The notes beneath the pieces were generated by a model that was not told the DNA's origin, did no database searches, and saw only the letters and a list, made by a program, of their open reading frames with translations. A stretch of DNA of 64,000 nt from Octopus sinensis (lineage: Eukaryota), in NCBI RefSeq assembly GCF_006345805.1, contig NC_042999.1, positions 69,316,001 to 69,380,000 of the forward strand, written 5' to 3'. Position numbers and translations under genes: made by a program. This document shows positions 10,725 to 25,285 of this stretch, piece after piece. The first letter of the stretch is position 1. Each line of letters begins with the position of its first letter.

Positions 10725-13655
10725 TAGGGATGGTATTATTAAAATACCATCAGAAGTGGTAAGCGAATTATCAGCTGTACAGGCAAATTAATAAAATATA
10801 CACATACAATATTAGATATGTACATATATACACAAGGCTACTACATGAGTACCTATATCGCTAATGATAGAAGTCAAAAAATACTTCTGTACCACTGAAT
10901 AGTCACAAATCTATTACAGACTAGATAGGGAAATATATATATATCTTTTATCCTTTACTTTTTTCAGTCACAAGACTGTGGCCATGCTGGAGCACCACCT
11001 TGAAGAAGTTTTAGTTGAATGAATCAACCCCACTGCTAATTTTTTATTTTAAGCCTAATACTTATTCTATCAGTCCCTTTTGCTGAACCACTAAGTTACA
11101 GAGATGTAAATGCATGATCCCCGGTTGTCAAAAAGTGGTGGAGGACAAACAGAGACACAAAGACATACTCACACACACACACACATACAGTTTGTGTGTA
11201 CCAAATCCCTTAAAAAGTAAAATATGTACCTGTGTGACTAGCATAAAGTGTGTGTGTGTATATATATGTATGCATGTATATGTATATACATAAAAAGCAC
11301 CATCTGAATGTGGCTGATGCCAGTACCACCTTGACTGGCTTCTGAGCTGGTGGCACGTAAAAGGCAGCAACCAATAATGGTCGTTGCCAGCCTCCTCTGG
11401 CCCCTGTGCCGGTGGCACGTAAAAAGCACCCACTACACTCTCAGAGTGGTTGGCGTTAGGAAGGGCACCCAGCTGTAGAAACACTGCCAGATCAGACTGG
11501 AGTCTGATGCAGCCTCCTGGCTTCCCAGACCCCAGTCGAACCGTCCAACCCATGCCAGCAGAGAAAACCGACGTTAAACGATGATGATACATGTAGGCAT
11601 TGTAGGCAGATATCTAGGCTATAGAAGAAGACAATTGTCCAAGGTAACACACAATGGAACTGAACCTGGAACCACATGATATGAGTGCAAACTTCTTACT
11701 ACACAGCCACGCCTATATAAATTTACTTATTCAACTCTTCGCTACTTGATCAATGACTTCTGTTCTAAAATTAACACAGTTCAATATGGATTCCTAACTT
11801 ACATTGTTTAAATTGAATATAGTGTAGCAGGATTGCAGTTATTTCTAAACACCACAACATCATGCCACTCCACAAACTGTAAAATATTAAATAAGCTTAT
11901 AGAAAATGGGAATAATAGTCATGAGAATAGAAACTGCCTTTTTATGAGTCAACATAAGTAAAATGCATTGAATAGAATGTGAGTGCATGTGTGTGTGTAT
12001 GTGTATAGACAGAAATACAATTACGAGGTCAAATGCAATTATAAAGGTTCGTTCTCAGAGAAAAAAATTGTAAACGTGAGAAAAAAACATTGTATTGGAA
12101 TGCAGGTTAATGTTTAATTGTTTTCTTTAGCTCTTTCAAAAGGACATCTTTGTATTCTAAATAAGATGAAAAGATAGAGGGAGAAAAATAGAGAGAAAGA
12201 TGGATAGTTAGTGGGAGAAAGGTAGATAGATAGCGAGAGAAAGATAGATAGATGGTGAGAGAGAGGTGGGGGGAGATGTAGATAAAAAAATGAATTGGTG
12301 AAAGAAACAGAGTGAGGGTCATTTACTGGCCTCAATCATAGAACTGTAGGCAAGATGAAGTCCCATTTCAAGGTTTTAAGTCAATGATGTTGGTATATGT
12401 TCTTAAGCAAGGCTAGTGTTTGTGTTTATTGGTTTCTTTTTATCAAATTGCTTTGAATAATTGCCAAATGAGTTGTTTGCTTGAGTAATTAGTAACATAA
12501 AGCTCAGAGTAATGAATCTTAAAGCTACAATTTCTCATAAAACAAACAAGTTCTACCTTTTTGGTATAAAGCATTTATTTTCTTGTGAACACAAGAATTC
12601 ACCATACCACACACACACACACACACACACACACATTTGATCATCATCATCATCGTTCTGACATCCACTTTTCCTTGCATGCATGGGTTTGAGTTTATTG
12701 AAACAGATTTTCTACGACTGGATGCCCTTCCTGTCACCAACACTCATCTATATCATCATCATCATTGTCGTTTAATGTCCGCTTTCCATGCTTGCATAGG
12801 TTGGATGGTTTGACTGAGGACTGGTGGGTCAGAAGGCTGCACCAGGCTTCGATCTGATTTAGAAATGTTTCTACAGGTGGATGCCCTTCCTAACGCTAAC
12901 CACTACAAGAGTCTAGTGGGTGCTTTTACGTTTCACTTGCACGAGAGCCAGTCTGGCGGTTCTGGCAATAACTACGCTCATATGTTTTTCATGTGCTGTT
13001 AAGGTGACACTGGCAATGATCACGCTCGAATGGTGCTTTTTATGTGCTACTGGCACGGGAGCCAATCCGTGGCCATGGCAGCAATCATGCTTTGATGTGC
13101 TTTTAACATTCCACTGGCACGAATGCCAACCAGGCAATACTGTCATTGGCCACGTCAGCAAATTTGATTTTGTTTTCACTTGCCTCAATAGGTCTTTGCA
13201 AACAAAGTCTGTAATAAGTAATATTTCTTGATGGGCAAACATAATTTTGCAGAATATTGGAAATGAATGACACTGCTTGTATGACAGTGGACAATCATGT
13301 GACATCAAGGCACAACAACAATAACACACACACACAAAGGGCTTCTGTCAGTTTCCACCAACCAAATTCACTCCCAACACTTTGGTTGGGTCAGGGCTCC
13401 AGCAGAAAACTCTGGCACAAGGGGCCATACAGTGGCAAACTTCTTAACCACACAGCCATGTCTGTCTCTCAGCTCTCCATAAAAGAGAGGGTCAACCACA
13501 TTGTTCAGGGTTGAATCCCACTGCATGACACCTTGGGCAAGTGTCTTATAGCTCCAGGTTGACCAAAGCCTTGTGAATGGACTTGGTAGGCAGAAACTGA
13601 AAGAAGCTCGTAAATATATCATAACCATTATCATACTTTAATGTCCATTTTCCAG

Positions 13656-13692
<37 letters not shown>

Positions 13693-14044
13693 GCATGCAC
13701 GTGTGTGTGTTCCCCCATCACCGCTTGTCAAATAGTCTTGGTTTATTTACATCCTCATAACATGGTGATTCTGTAAAAGGTACCAATAGAATAAGTACCA
13801 AGGTTATAAAAAGAATAAAAAATTTAAGGCAGTACCCCAGTATGGCCACAGTCTAATGACTGAAACAAATAAAAGAAAAGAAAAGAGATAACAATGTTTA
13901 TAAATAATTTCAGACTTTCTGGAATGTCCTAGAACAAGTGGTTTGAAACTTTTATTCCAGTATACTTTGGTGTACCCTTGACAAAGAATATTGGGTATCA
14001 CAAAATAGACAAATAGTGGAAACCATAAAACAAACAATCTGTAA

Positions 14045-14306
14045 TTTGTAGTAAAGATTGTTTGCCAACATAACATGGCAGTGCTGGTTTAGGACGAATG
14101 TTGTTGTAGTTTAGCCCCAGGAGACGTCGTGTCCAGCTGGCTATATGGCATGATCTGTGTCCTTATATTTTCAAACAAGGGAATATAAGGACACAGGCTG
14201 TGTCATATAGCCAGCTGGAGATGATGTCTCCTGGGGCTAAATTACAGCAATATTTGTCCTAAACCAGGACTGCCATGTTATGTTGGCAAACAATCTTTAC
14301 TACAAA
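14045..14306. mobile_element. Hairpin (foldback) MITE
   Basis: Arms of about 125 bp: tttgtagtaaagattgtttgccaacataacatggcag... is inverted at ...ctgccatgttatgttggcaaacaatctttactacaaa, with a loop of about 11 nt. Confidence 0.8.
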
Positions 14307-14469
14307 ATACTGTTGCTGAATATCTCACCTTGTGAGATTTAGAAATAGTAATTTTCTTATCTGTAATTTGTTGTCAATTAATTATAATTAACTAGAAGTC
14401 ATGACTTCCAAACAAATCTCTTTATTAAAAATACTCTCTCTCTTTAGGTATCAAGTCCTAATGGGCAGT

Positions 14470-15050
14470 CATGTCCTGCTACAATTCCCTGTTCGTCAAG
14501 CTTGACATCCTTCTCCTTCCTCTGCTTCTTTTTCCAACAATATTTCTGATCATCGCTAAATTCTCCAGGCCTTCTTTCCTCATCACATAACCAAGAAATC
14601 TCTGTTGCTTGGCCTTTATCTCTTGAAGCAGTTTCCTACTTACTGCAACCTGGTTTGTCCATTACCATCCTCAATATTCCCCTTTTGAACCACATTTCCC
14701 AGCTCTCAAAGCCCCTTCTCATTTCTGACAGTATAGACTACACCTCACTTCCATACAAGGTAGACATAGCAGGTTAAAATACAGATTTTGATCTCGATGC
14801 TCAGACTACGGTTTCTCAAGAGGTTTTACAATTTTGAAAATGCAAATTTTGTCAGCACTATTTGTCTTTTGATTTCCATCACACATCTTCATCTTCTGGG
14901 ATGAGAGTTCCAAGGTAGTTAAAGGACAACACCAGCTTAATGGTTCAATTGTTCACTTTCAGCATGCACTTTGGGTTTCCCTTCTTTGTCACCACCATAC
15001 ACTCTCCCTCCTTGCCATATCAGTTGAAAAAATTTGGTTGTGACTATTTC
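14470..15050 (-). pseudogene. Degenerate RTE/BovB-like LINE ORF 3' fragment
   Basis: Reverse strand gives CMVVTKKGNPKCMLKV...FNYLGTLI...EIKRQI...KFAF...LLRNRSLSIEIK, a post-RT region typical of RTE elements, with many stops. Confidence 0.7.
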
Positions 15051-18000
15051 AAACTTCCAACATTTTTATAAATGTATATCTCAGTAATTTCACATGTATA
15101 CCTCTATATTTTCTCTGCCATTTATGTCTATGCCCTCGCATACTGTCTATCCCTGATGAGTCTCACCCCAACTCATCTTTCTAACATGCTCCCCCTCCAC
15201 CTGTGTTCATCACTCACTGCATGCTCCTCCTCCCTATCTCCCACTCTCATCAACCTACCTATTCACTCACTCTGTCCAATCTTCTGCACCGCCAACACAT
15301 ATTCATGACCAACATCTCTCTCTCTCTCTCTCCTCTTTCTCTCTCCTCTCTCTTTTTCTAATGGAGCAACCATGTATCACCTCTGCTGCAAGACACATGC
15401 TTCTGTCCCTCTATCATACATTAACTTCTCATCACCTGGTGTAAAGCCATCTCCCTCAATACTAACCCCACCTCTCACTACAATCAGCTGATGGGGTTCT
15501 TGTCTTGCAAGTTACTTGATGACCTTACAAGTGCTGGTCACACATAAAAGACCTAGCACATTCAGTAAAGTGGTTGGTGTTAGGAAGGGCATCCAGCCAT
15601 AGAAACCATGTGGATCTTCGCACAGGTCTTCAAAGGGGTCTCAGGAAGTAAGCATGCCTCCGTTCCTGAGCTAATTTTCCACTACATTTCTTAAAAATCA
15701 TGGTAGAAGCTTTGGTGTCAGGACCACTCATGTCTAGAAACTGAGGCTGGGGATAAGCAAGGGCATGCTCCCTGTAGAAAATCCAGCTCCAAAAAGACCT
15801 CATGATAGCAAAAGAGAATGGGCACCAGCCAGCCAGAAGGTTGGGGTGGGCTGCACCTGCCTATCTCAGTTGCTATGGCATTGAGGTTGTTCTGGCCACT
15901 TTTGTTAACGGGAACAAAACCCGGATTTAAAACACTGGATAATGATGATGATGACGACATAGTCCTCTACCTCACTGGCTGCTGTTGAGCCATCCAACCT
16001 ATGCCAGCATGGAAAACACTAAAATGTGATGATGACGATGACCCTTGTTTGAAAACTTTGTGAATCAAATAATCAATAGAAAAAAATACAGTTTGACTTC
16101 CTATAATGGTTTTCTCTCTAATGCTACCACGCAAACAACGATGGCAAATTACAAGAGGGCCATTACAAAATTACTTCTTAAAACCCATTTATTTTTTACC
16201 TGGCTGCATAATATTAAATATTTGTTTTATTAACCGAAGTGAAACAACGTGGGGAAGGGTGCAGAAACCTAGCAAAAGCAGAAGATAATAGGGGTTGTCA
16301 TCACCCTTAACCCCCCCCCCCCGAAGTATTCCCCCCACTCCTATCCCAAACGTCAGTTTATTGGGTTTTATTTCTTTCTTTGTTAATGTTTGTTTACAAG
16401 ACAGAGAAGTGCTTAATAAACAAAGAGAGGAATTTGGACAGCAAGTCTCATATTGACCCAGTGTCAACAGTAAAAGGGTGGTGGGTGGGAGGAGGGATGT
16501 GCATTAAGCCAGCCAACCAACCAAAGCAAATAAGGAGACTTGTGTTAATATTGCCTTTTTTCTCTCTGTCTCCCTCTGTCTCTCTCTCTGTCTCTCTCTC
16601 TCTCTTTCTTTCTCTCTCTTTCTCTCTCTCTCTCTCTTGTTCCCCAACCTTTAGACAAACAGAGTGTTTGTTGAAGTTTGAGTTTAAAGCAGGAAATAAC
16701 TACAGGAACCAAGAAGAGAATATTTTAGTGATGGTCACCAAAGGAATAAATAAATTGAAAAAACAAAAAACCCAGACATGTTTGAATTTTTAAGATTTTA
16801 TCAAGATCAACGTAACCGTTTTTTTGTGCCGACCAACTTTACAAGTAATCTTCTTGGATTTTAACTATTTTCTTTCATCTTTTCTCTTTTATCTTTTACT
16901 TGTTTCAGTCATTAGACTGTGACCATGCTGGGGCACTGCCATGGGGTATTTTAGTTGAACTAATTAACCCCAGTACTTATTTTCTTTTTAAGCTTAATGC
17001 TTATTCTATTGGTCTCTTTTGCCAAACTGCTAAGCTTGATCCTCACAGTCTTTTAACAACCGGTGTTGGTGTGTTTTCATCCCTGTAACTTAGAAAAACA
17101 AGTACCAGAGCCTATTCATTTGACTAAAAATTAGATTGTAGCCCCAGCATGGCCACAGTCTAAAGATTGAAACAAGTAAAAGATAAAAGATTTAAATATA
17201 ATGCCCTAGCTTGTTATATATTTAAATATAAGACATAGGCATAGGAGTGGCTGTGTGGTAAGAAGCTTACTTCCCATGGCTCCGGGTTCAGTCCCACTGA
17301 GTAACCAGAGCCTTGTGAGTGTACTTCATAGACAGAATCTGAAAGAAACCTGTTGTGTGTGTTTGTCCCCCCCACCATCATTTGACAACTGATGTTAGTG
17401 TGTTTCTGTCCCTGTAACTTAGCAGTTTGGCAAAAAGACTAATAGAATAAGTACTAGTCCTGGGGTCGATTTGTTTGACTAAAATTGTTGCTCCAGCATG
17501 GCTGCAGTCAAATGACTGAAGCAAGCCAAAGAATAGCCAGTCCGCCGTTGCTTTCGTAGTAAAAATAGATCTTGTTTTAAAAGAACACACAAAAGCTCTT
17601 AACCATTCCTTTATATTTTCTTGAGCAAATTATTCCAGCTTTGGAAAATACCAGCAACCAACAACTCTAACAAATTTCCTGCTTATTCTTTAGTTCAGAT
17701 CAAAATTGTATTTATACTATTTTATGGTTTAAAAAAACAAAAAAAATAAAAGCTTTGCAGAATATGTCTCATGTCCTTTGCTAAAAAAATAAAACACCGT
17801 GACAAATTGAAGAAGAAGGGAAAATGTGTTTTTCTGTCATTCTCACCTCAAAAGGCTTTGTTTGTTTGTTTTTATAAATATAAAATGGAAGATAGAAAAT
17901 ATAATAATTCCTTCAAAATTGCTAATAAAATTGCTATAAAGATTGTTCATCAAAGCGTAGGGTGAGTAATTAGAATATTAAGTTTATAAATGAGCCATTC

Positions 18001-18381
18001 AGTTCACCAAACCATATTAAATATAATGGTTGGCCATGATTATTCTGTAGCCAAACTGTAACAGGAATGAGGTGATCCTATTGGCCAACTGGTTTAATCA
18101 TTTAATTTGTGAGGTGACAAAATTAGGTCGTCTGAGTCCCTAATATAATATACAGAAGTATGTCTTCAGAATATTGCTGTCTTTTGTAGTACTGAGACAT
18201 AATGGCATTTAAGATACACATAAAAAAATGTCTTCTGCTGAAACAGACATCATCATCATCATTTAATGTCTGTATTTTACGTTGGAATATGTTGGATGGT
18301 TTGACAGGAGCTAACGAGCCAGATTTCTGTGTTGATCTCCAGTGTCTACATTAGCATGGTTTCTGTGGGTGGATGTCATTC

Positions 18382-18614
18382 TTAACCTATTAATGGCCAA
18401 TTTTTTTTATTTAATTTATTACCAAAAGTCTTTTTTTTTTATACAACTTTATCTGATACTAAATATATATAAAAAAATTTGATTACAATACTTGAAAGAC
18501 ACTCCAAACTTGATGACTAATTAAATATATCTCAGAAAAATACAGGTGTTACAGAAATATGATGGATTATCCTTCTGGTCCTAAAAAAAAGGACCATGGG
18601 TGCTAATGGGTTAA
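18382..18614. mobile_element. piggyBac-like MITE
   Basis: TTAA-CCTATTA...TAATGGG-TTAA, inserted into an RTE-tail repeat. Confidence 0.6.
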
Positions 18615-21600
18615 TGAAAGCCACTTCACAGTGTGTGCTGGATGCTTTTTTTGTGGCACTGGTGCTAATGAAGTTACCAAGTAACTCACAAGATACGACC
18701 CCTTAACAAAGTGGTGGGTGGCATGCAGTATAGAGGGAGATGGCTTTGTGCCAGGTGTTGAGAGGTTAAAGTATGATGGGGGCAGGTACAGGTGTCTTGC
18801 AGAAGAGGAGATACATGGCTACCCTAGTAGGAAAGGAAGAAAAGATGGTGGAGGTAAAGTGACAGACATATGGCTCAATGGTTAGGGTATATGGCTTGTG
18901 ATTATGAAGTCATGAGTTCAATTCCTAGTGGTGTGTTGTGTCCTTGAGCAAGATACTTTATTTCATGTTGCTCCAGTCCTCTCAGCCAGCAAAGATGAAT
19001 CTCCCTGAGAACTACATTAAGGGTGTGCATGTCTGTGGCATGCTCAGTCACATTGATTTCACGAGCAGGCTGTTCTGTTGATTGAATCAACTGGTAGATT
19101 CATCATAACCAATGGAGTGCCAAGCAATTGCAAGCATTGAGGACAGGTCTCTGATTTCAGGATCACTCCCTCCCACCAGGCTCTATAAAGGGTCATAGGT
19201 ATTTCCTTCCCTACTCACTCTTAGCAGAGGTTACAATGTGAAACCTAATGCTAACATACAACACAATTAGTCAGTGTGTAATATAAAACATGTCACACAA
19301 AGTAGCAGGTATTTGTGATACAAATCACATAACTGCACTGACTTAGTCTGTGGTACCACTTAAAGAGCTCAGTATTTAAATAAATTAATAAAATACTTGT
19401 AGATCATATAACTATAAGGTTTGTTTTACTGGAAGATGATTCATTGAAAATATTTGCTGTTAGAATTCTTTGAACAAAAACAAAGGAAGCAAGGCAGCAT
19501 TATTAATATTCAATTAGCAAACTGGGTTGTGGTATATTTGGTGTATTTGAGTGGCTGAGTATCTCCTCTATGTTAAGATAACTATCTCTGTCCCTTTATT
19601 ATATTTGAACCTCTCACCTGGCACACACCCACTTCCCTTAGTTTCACTTCCTCTCTTCAGCTGGCAGATCTTTGTCGTGTTAGATTCTTGGTGACCCCAG
19701 TGGTGCTGGTGCCACGTAAAAAGCACTCTGTGCCAGTGCTGTGTAAAAGGCACCCAAGTCATTGCCATGTTAAAAGCACTCATGCCAGTGTCACATAAGA
19801 AGCAGCCATACTAGTGCCACATATAAAGCAGCCAGCACATTCTGCAAAGTGGTTGACATTAGGAAGGGCATTCAGCCATAGAAACTATGCCAAAACAGAC
19901 AACTGAAGCCCAGTGCAGTTCTCCCGCTTGTCAGATCCTGTCAATCCATCCAACCCATGCCACAATGGAAAATGGACATTAATCACCACTGCCAATTGTG
20001 ACCAATTAATTACCTATACCTGTGTCTCCATCATACTATAACCTCTCATCAGCTGGCACAAAACCACCTCCCTCAATGCTATTCCCACTCTCAGCTGAGG
20101 AGCCTTGTCTTGTGAGTTACATGGAAACCTCACTGATGTTGGTGCCACGTAAAAAGTACCCAGTACACACTGTAAAGTGGTTGGCATTAAGAAGGGCATT
20201 CAGGCATAGAATGTAAGCCAAAACAGACACTGGAGATTGGTCCAGTCCTCTGGCTTGCCAGATCTTGTCCAACCAATGCTAGTATGAATATGGATGTTAA
20301 ATGATGATAGTGATAATGATGATGACAACACTCTTAATGATGAGAAATAAACAAGCATTAGCTTAATAATTAATTGTGGTCAAAATCTACAGAAGAAACA
20401 ACCCTAGAAGTTTAAATAATTAAAAACAGAATTCTGTAAGGAGTGTACTATATTTCTGGTCAGAGTAACAGTGTTTTAATCTTATGAGATCTCATCAGCA
20501 ACACATAGTATAACAATTGCTGCCAGATCCTGGTTTAATTGATTGACCAGCTCTACAACCCTCTGATCATGAACTGAACACTCTCACCACTGGGCCACAT
20601 CCTTCATACAAAGAAAATGTTACACAATTTCATTCTTGCAGCCTATGAATGTTTGGTTTTGGGACTCAGCAAGACCTGAATTAATCCCACCATTGTCTCC
20701 TTGACTTAAGAACAAAAAACAAAAAGGGAAAATGGAAGGTAATCACTGAACAACATTGCTCTTTCTTCATTATATAATTATTTCTAATTAGGCTTTTCAT
20801 TCTCCCTGAATTAAATATATTAACAGCAGACACAGGTGTGGCTGTGTGGTAAGAAGTTTGCTTCTTAATCACATGGTTCTGGATTCATTCCCAGTGTGTT
20901 GTAGCTTGGGCAGATGTGTACTACTATAGCCTATGCCGACCAAAGTCTTGTGAGTGGATTTGGGAGACAGAAACTGAAAGAAGCCTGTCGTGTATGTGTG
21001 GCTTTGTGTCTGTGTTTGTCTTCCACTACCGAATGACAACTGGTGCTGGTATGTTTACATCCCAATAACTTAGTGGTTCAGCAAACGGGATCAATTGAAT
21101 AAGTACTTGGGTCAATTCATTTGACTAAACATTCTTTCAAGGCAATGCCCCAGTATAGCCACAGTCTAATGACTAAACAAGTAAAACATCATCATCATCA
21201 TCACGATTATCATCATCATTATCATTTTATCATCCATCTTTCCATGTTTGTATGGGTCAAAAAGTGTTTATTAAAGCAAATTTTCCGTGGTTGAATGCCC
21301 TTCCTGTCACCAACCCTCGCCTTTTTCCAAGGAAGGTCAGGTATGTTTTCACAGAACATCAGAAACAAATGACATTTATTTACAGCAATCACATGATGTC
21401 AAGACAAGGAGACACAAGCACACACACACACGACAAGCTTCTTTCAGTTTATGCCAATCAAATCCACTCACAAGGCTTTGGTTGACCCAGGGCTATATAA
21501 GACGATGCTGAAAGTACTACACAGTGGGGCTGAACCTGAAGCCATGTAGTTAGGGAAAAAAATAATCTTAATCACACAGCCACAGACTATTCGATTTGCC

Positions 21601-22489
21601 AACATCAACAAAGGTAAATAATTCTGTAAATTTTATGGCAAGGACCGTGGAGATTATATTCCACTGATGAGATCACAATAATGCTGAAACATATTCACAA
21701 TTGTCTCCTATATTTGATGGAATAACCAAAATAATGTCATTGACTAATGTTGTTTTGTTTTCTTGTCACTGCATATTTATTTCTGCTAAGCATTTATTTA
21801 AATGTTAAAACTAACACAATTATTGAATTTTTCTGCTCTGCTTATCCAATATGTAAGGAATTCCATTTTCTTACAGAAATGCCATTTATGCATTTACTGA
21901 TTCATTCATAACTACCATGACCTCAGTGGTGTACATATTTCACTGATAAGGTCTCAGGAGGTGGAAACATGTTCACAGTTATGTTCCTTGCTTGCTTGAA
22001 AATGAAAATTCTATTAGTCATTGACTAATACACACAGGAGGGGCTGTGTGGTTAGTAGCTTGCATACCAACTACATGGTTCCGTGTTAAGTCTCACTGCA
22101 TGGCACCTTGGGCAAGTGTCTTCTACTATAGCCTCGGGTTGACCAAAGCCTTGTGAGTGGATTTGGTAGACGGAAACTGAAAGAAGCCCATCATATATAT
22201 GTATACATATATATGTGTGTGTGTATATGTTTGTGTATTTGTGTTTATCCCCCAACCCCACCCCAACATCACTTGACAACTGATGCTGGTGCGTTTGCAT
22301 CCCTGTAACTTAGTAGTTTGGCAAATGGAGACTGATAGAGTAAGTACTACGCTTACAAAGAATAAGTCCTGGGGTCGATTTGCTCAACTAAAGGTGGTGC
22401 TCCAGCATGGCCACAGTCAAAATGACTGAAATAAGTACAAGAATAAAAGAAGTTGCATGTATTGAATACCTGCCTATTCTTTGATACAT

Positions 22490-22770
22490 TCCATCTGCCC
22501 ATCCCTCCATTCATCTATTTCTCTATCACTCCATCCATCCACCCATTCACCCTTACAACCATCCCACCATCTCTCCATTCATCTATCCATCCAGCCCCCT
22601 CCCTCCTTCTTTCCATCCATCTTTTCAGCTCCCCCCACTCTCTCTCCATCCATTCATCCCTCTTTCCCTCCATCCATCCATCCATCCATTCATTCAGCAA
22701 CCACACCCCATTCTTTCTCTCTCTCTCTCTCTCTCCCCTTCTCTCTCCATCCATCCATCCACCTCCCTGC
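22490..22770. repeat. (TCCA)n / (CT)n microsatellite just downstream of the RRM2-start exon
   Basis: Direct reading of the sequence. Confidence 0.85.
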
Positions 22771-22906
22771 ATTTGTTTCTAGATAACATCTCAATGACCC
22801 TCCACACTTACATTAAATGTGTTTACCCTAACCCAATGACCAGCTGGGTTGACATTGGAGACAGCACAACAATAAAGGTATCAGAGTGGACATTCAGAGG
22901 ACTTAC

Positions 22907-23001
22907 CACTTGTTGTACAGTTGCCGTGAAAGGTAATCCACGCATTCGTATAATCACTTGTCCTCCTCTGGATAAAAATGCTTGAGCTTCAAGATTATTT
23001 C
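22907..23001 (-). CDS. ESRP: ESRP coding exon, start of RRM2
   Basis: tttgcag| acceptor, |gtaagt donor, 95 nt, phase 1 to 0: [31 protein letters not shown]. Confidence 0.96.
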
Positions 23002-24483
23002 CTGCAAACAATAAGGAAAGAAAAACTTGGAGAAAGACTTTCAAACTGTTCTGGAGTCATTGGTGAGGATTAAATCAGAGGGTGTTGGGCATTTAGCTGA
23101 GGTTTGCATATAATATACATCTTTTATTGTTTACTTGTTTCAGTCATTTGACTGTGGCCAAGCCGGAGCACTGCCTTTAGTCAAACACGTCAATCCCAGG
23201 ACTTATTCTTTGTAAGTCTAGTACTTATTTTATTGGTCTCTTTTGCCAAACCGCTTAGTGACTGGGACATAAACACACCAACATCAGTTGTCAAGCGATG
23301 GTGGGGGGACAAACACACACATATATACGATGGGCTTCTTTCAGTTTCCATCTACCAAATCCACACATAAGGCTGTAATCAAGCTGAAGCTATAGTAGAA
23401 GACACTTGCCCAAGGTAACACGCAGTGGGACTGAACCTGGAACCATGTGGTTGGAAAGCAAGCTACTTTCCACACAGCCACTCCTGCACCTATATGGTAA
23501 CAATAACAACAATGTTGGTTGAAGTTTATGTGATGGTACGTGGCCTTGTGGTTGGGGTGTTGAGCTCACAATCACAAGGTTGTAGGTTCAATTCCAATAC
23601 CAGATGAGGTATTGTATCTTTGAGCAAGTCACTTCATTTCAAATTGCTCCAATCTGCTCGGGTGAGAAGGAGCAGCAGCCAAGTACAAGATCAGCTCTCT
23701 CTCTACCTGTATTCCCCATCATTTAACATCCATTTGCGGTGCTGGTGGCCATGTAGAAAGCATCCAGTATATTCTAAAGTGGTTGGCATAAAGAAGGGCA
23801 TCTAGATGTAAAACCAAACCAAAACAGACTACGGAACCTGGCACAGCCCCTGGCCTTGCCAGTGCCTATCAAACTGTCTAACCCATGCCAGGATGGGAAA
23901 TGGATGTTAAATGATGGTGATGATGAAGATGATTCCCTGCTGGCATGGGATGGAAAGTTTGATAGGATCCAATGGATCCAAGGACTGAATCATATTCCAG
24001 TGTCTGTTTGGCAATGGTTTCTATGGTTTTATGCCCTTCCTAACATAACCTTTTTACAACATGTATTGGGTGCGCTTTTCGTGCCCCCTCTACTATTGAG
24101 ATGACCTGCAGCTCATAGAACTACAAACCCTAAGGGTGGGGGAATCAGCTTCACGTTAGTAGATGAGGGGATTAGAATATGAGAAGCAGGAAGCAGTGCA
24201 AGTTCTTGCAGGGGATCTGTATGGCTATGTGAAAGATAGAAATATTAGCGTGGTCACTACTCTCACAGCCTACTAACCTGCCTAATATTGCGTACTACCA
24301 ACAACAATTGAATGACCAAACCCACTAAAATTTTTGGAATCACAGACCACCATATTGATTCTTGGATTCCAGATTAAATCCTGGTTCTATAAGGATCGGG
24401 ATTAAATTGCTTTCATCAAGTGGAAACCACAAATGAAGAGAAAAGAGAAAGTAGATAAAGACCCAATGAAGAGTTCATCTTAC

Positions 24484-24659
24484 CTCCAGCCACATTGATG
24501 AAGTCTTTGCCAGTTGATTTATATACTTCAATGTAACGTTGGCCAATGTGGTGTTTGTGTCTCTTCATTGCAAGATCTCGATGTTCTTCACTTTCAAACC
24601 AAATCAAAGCTTCTCCATTTCGCCGACCTTGTTGACTAAGACAAAGTGCCACACCGCCT
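24484..24659 (-). CDS. ESRP: ESRP coding exon, RRM1 C-terminal half
   Basis: atgtag| acceptor, |gtaaga donor, 176 nt, phase 2 to 1: [58 protein letters not shown](G). Confidence 0.96.
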
Positions 24660-24694
24660 CTACATAAGGAAAACAAATGATAATAATAATAATG

Positions 24695-24742
<48 letters not shown>

Positions 24743-25042
24743 TTCCTTTCTACTATATGCACAAGGCCTACAATTTGGGGGAAGGGGGTCAGTCGATCAC
24801 ATTGACCCCAGTGTTTTACTGGTACCTAATTTATTGACCCTGAAAGGCAAAGTCAACCTTGGCGGAATTTGAACACAGAATGTAGCAACAGGCGAAATGC
24901 CATAAAGCATTTCATCCAGTGTGCTAATGATTCTGCCAGCTTGCCGCCTTTAATAATAAAAGTAATTTTTAAAAATATTTTTAGTAAAATATCTAAGATA
25001 AAATTAAAAATAATAATAAATAAAAAGTAAAACAAAAAGTAA

Positions 25043-25285
25043 AAAGTGATAGCATGTTGTCAACTTAATGTGACAGTCCCATGAAAGGGAAGAATGCTAC
25101 TGTCATTTAGCCCTAGGAAACACCGTTTCCTGTTGGACTTGACATATTTCCTGTGTCCTTATGTGTCAAGTTCAATGTGAAATGTGTCAAGTCCAACAGG
25201 AAATAGTGCTTCCTAGGGCTAAATAACAGTAGCATTCTTCCTTTTATGGGACTGTCACACTAAGTTGACAACATACTATCACTTT
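25043..25285. mobile_element. Hairpin MITE, same family as 14045-14306
   Basis: aaagtgatagcatgttgtcaacttaatgtgacagtccc... is inverted at ...gggactgtcacactaagttgacaacatactatcacttt. It shares the tttagccc.agga.ac core and the downstream gagatttagaaat. Confidence 0.8.

Noticed and set aside
16045-16800. Repeat-poor stretch that might be an enhancer
   Set aside because: There is no specific signal, and conservation cannot be assessed from one sequence.
21640-21695. CUGAUGA...GAAAC hammerhead-like core
   Set aside because: Stem II does not pair and there is no UH cleavage triplet in the required position.
24597-24602. Trp in RRM1 EALIWF where ESRP1 has Arg
   Set aside because: This position varies among qRRMs (L, Q, E, R), so it is weak evidence of any change in function.
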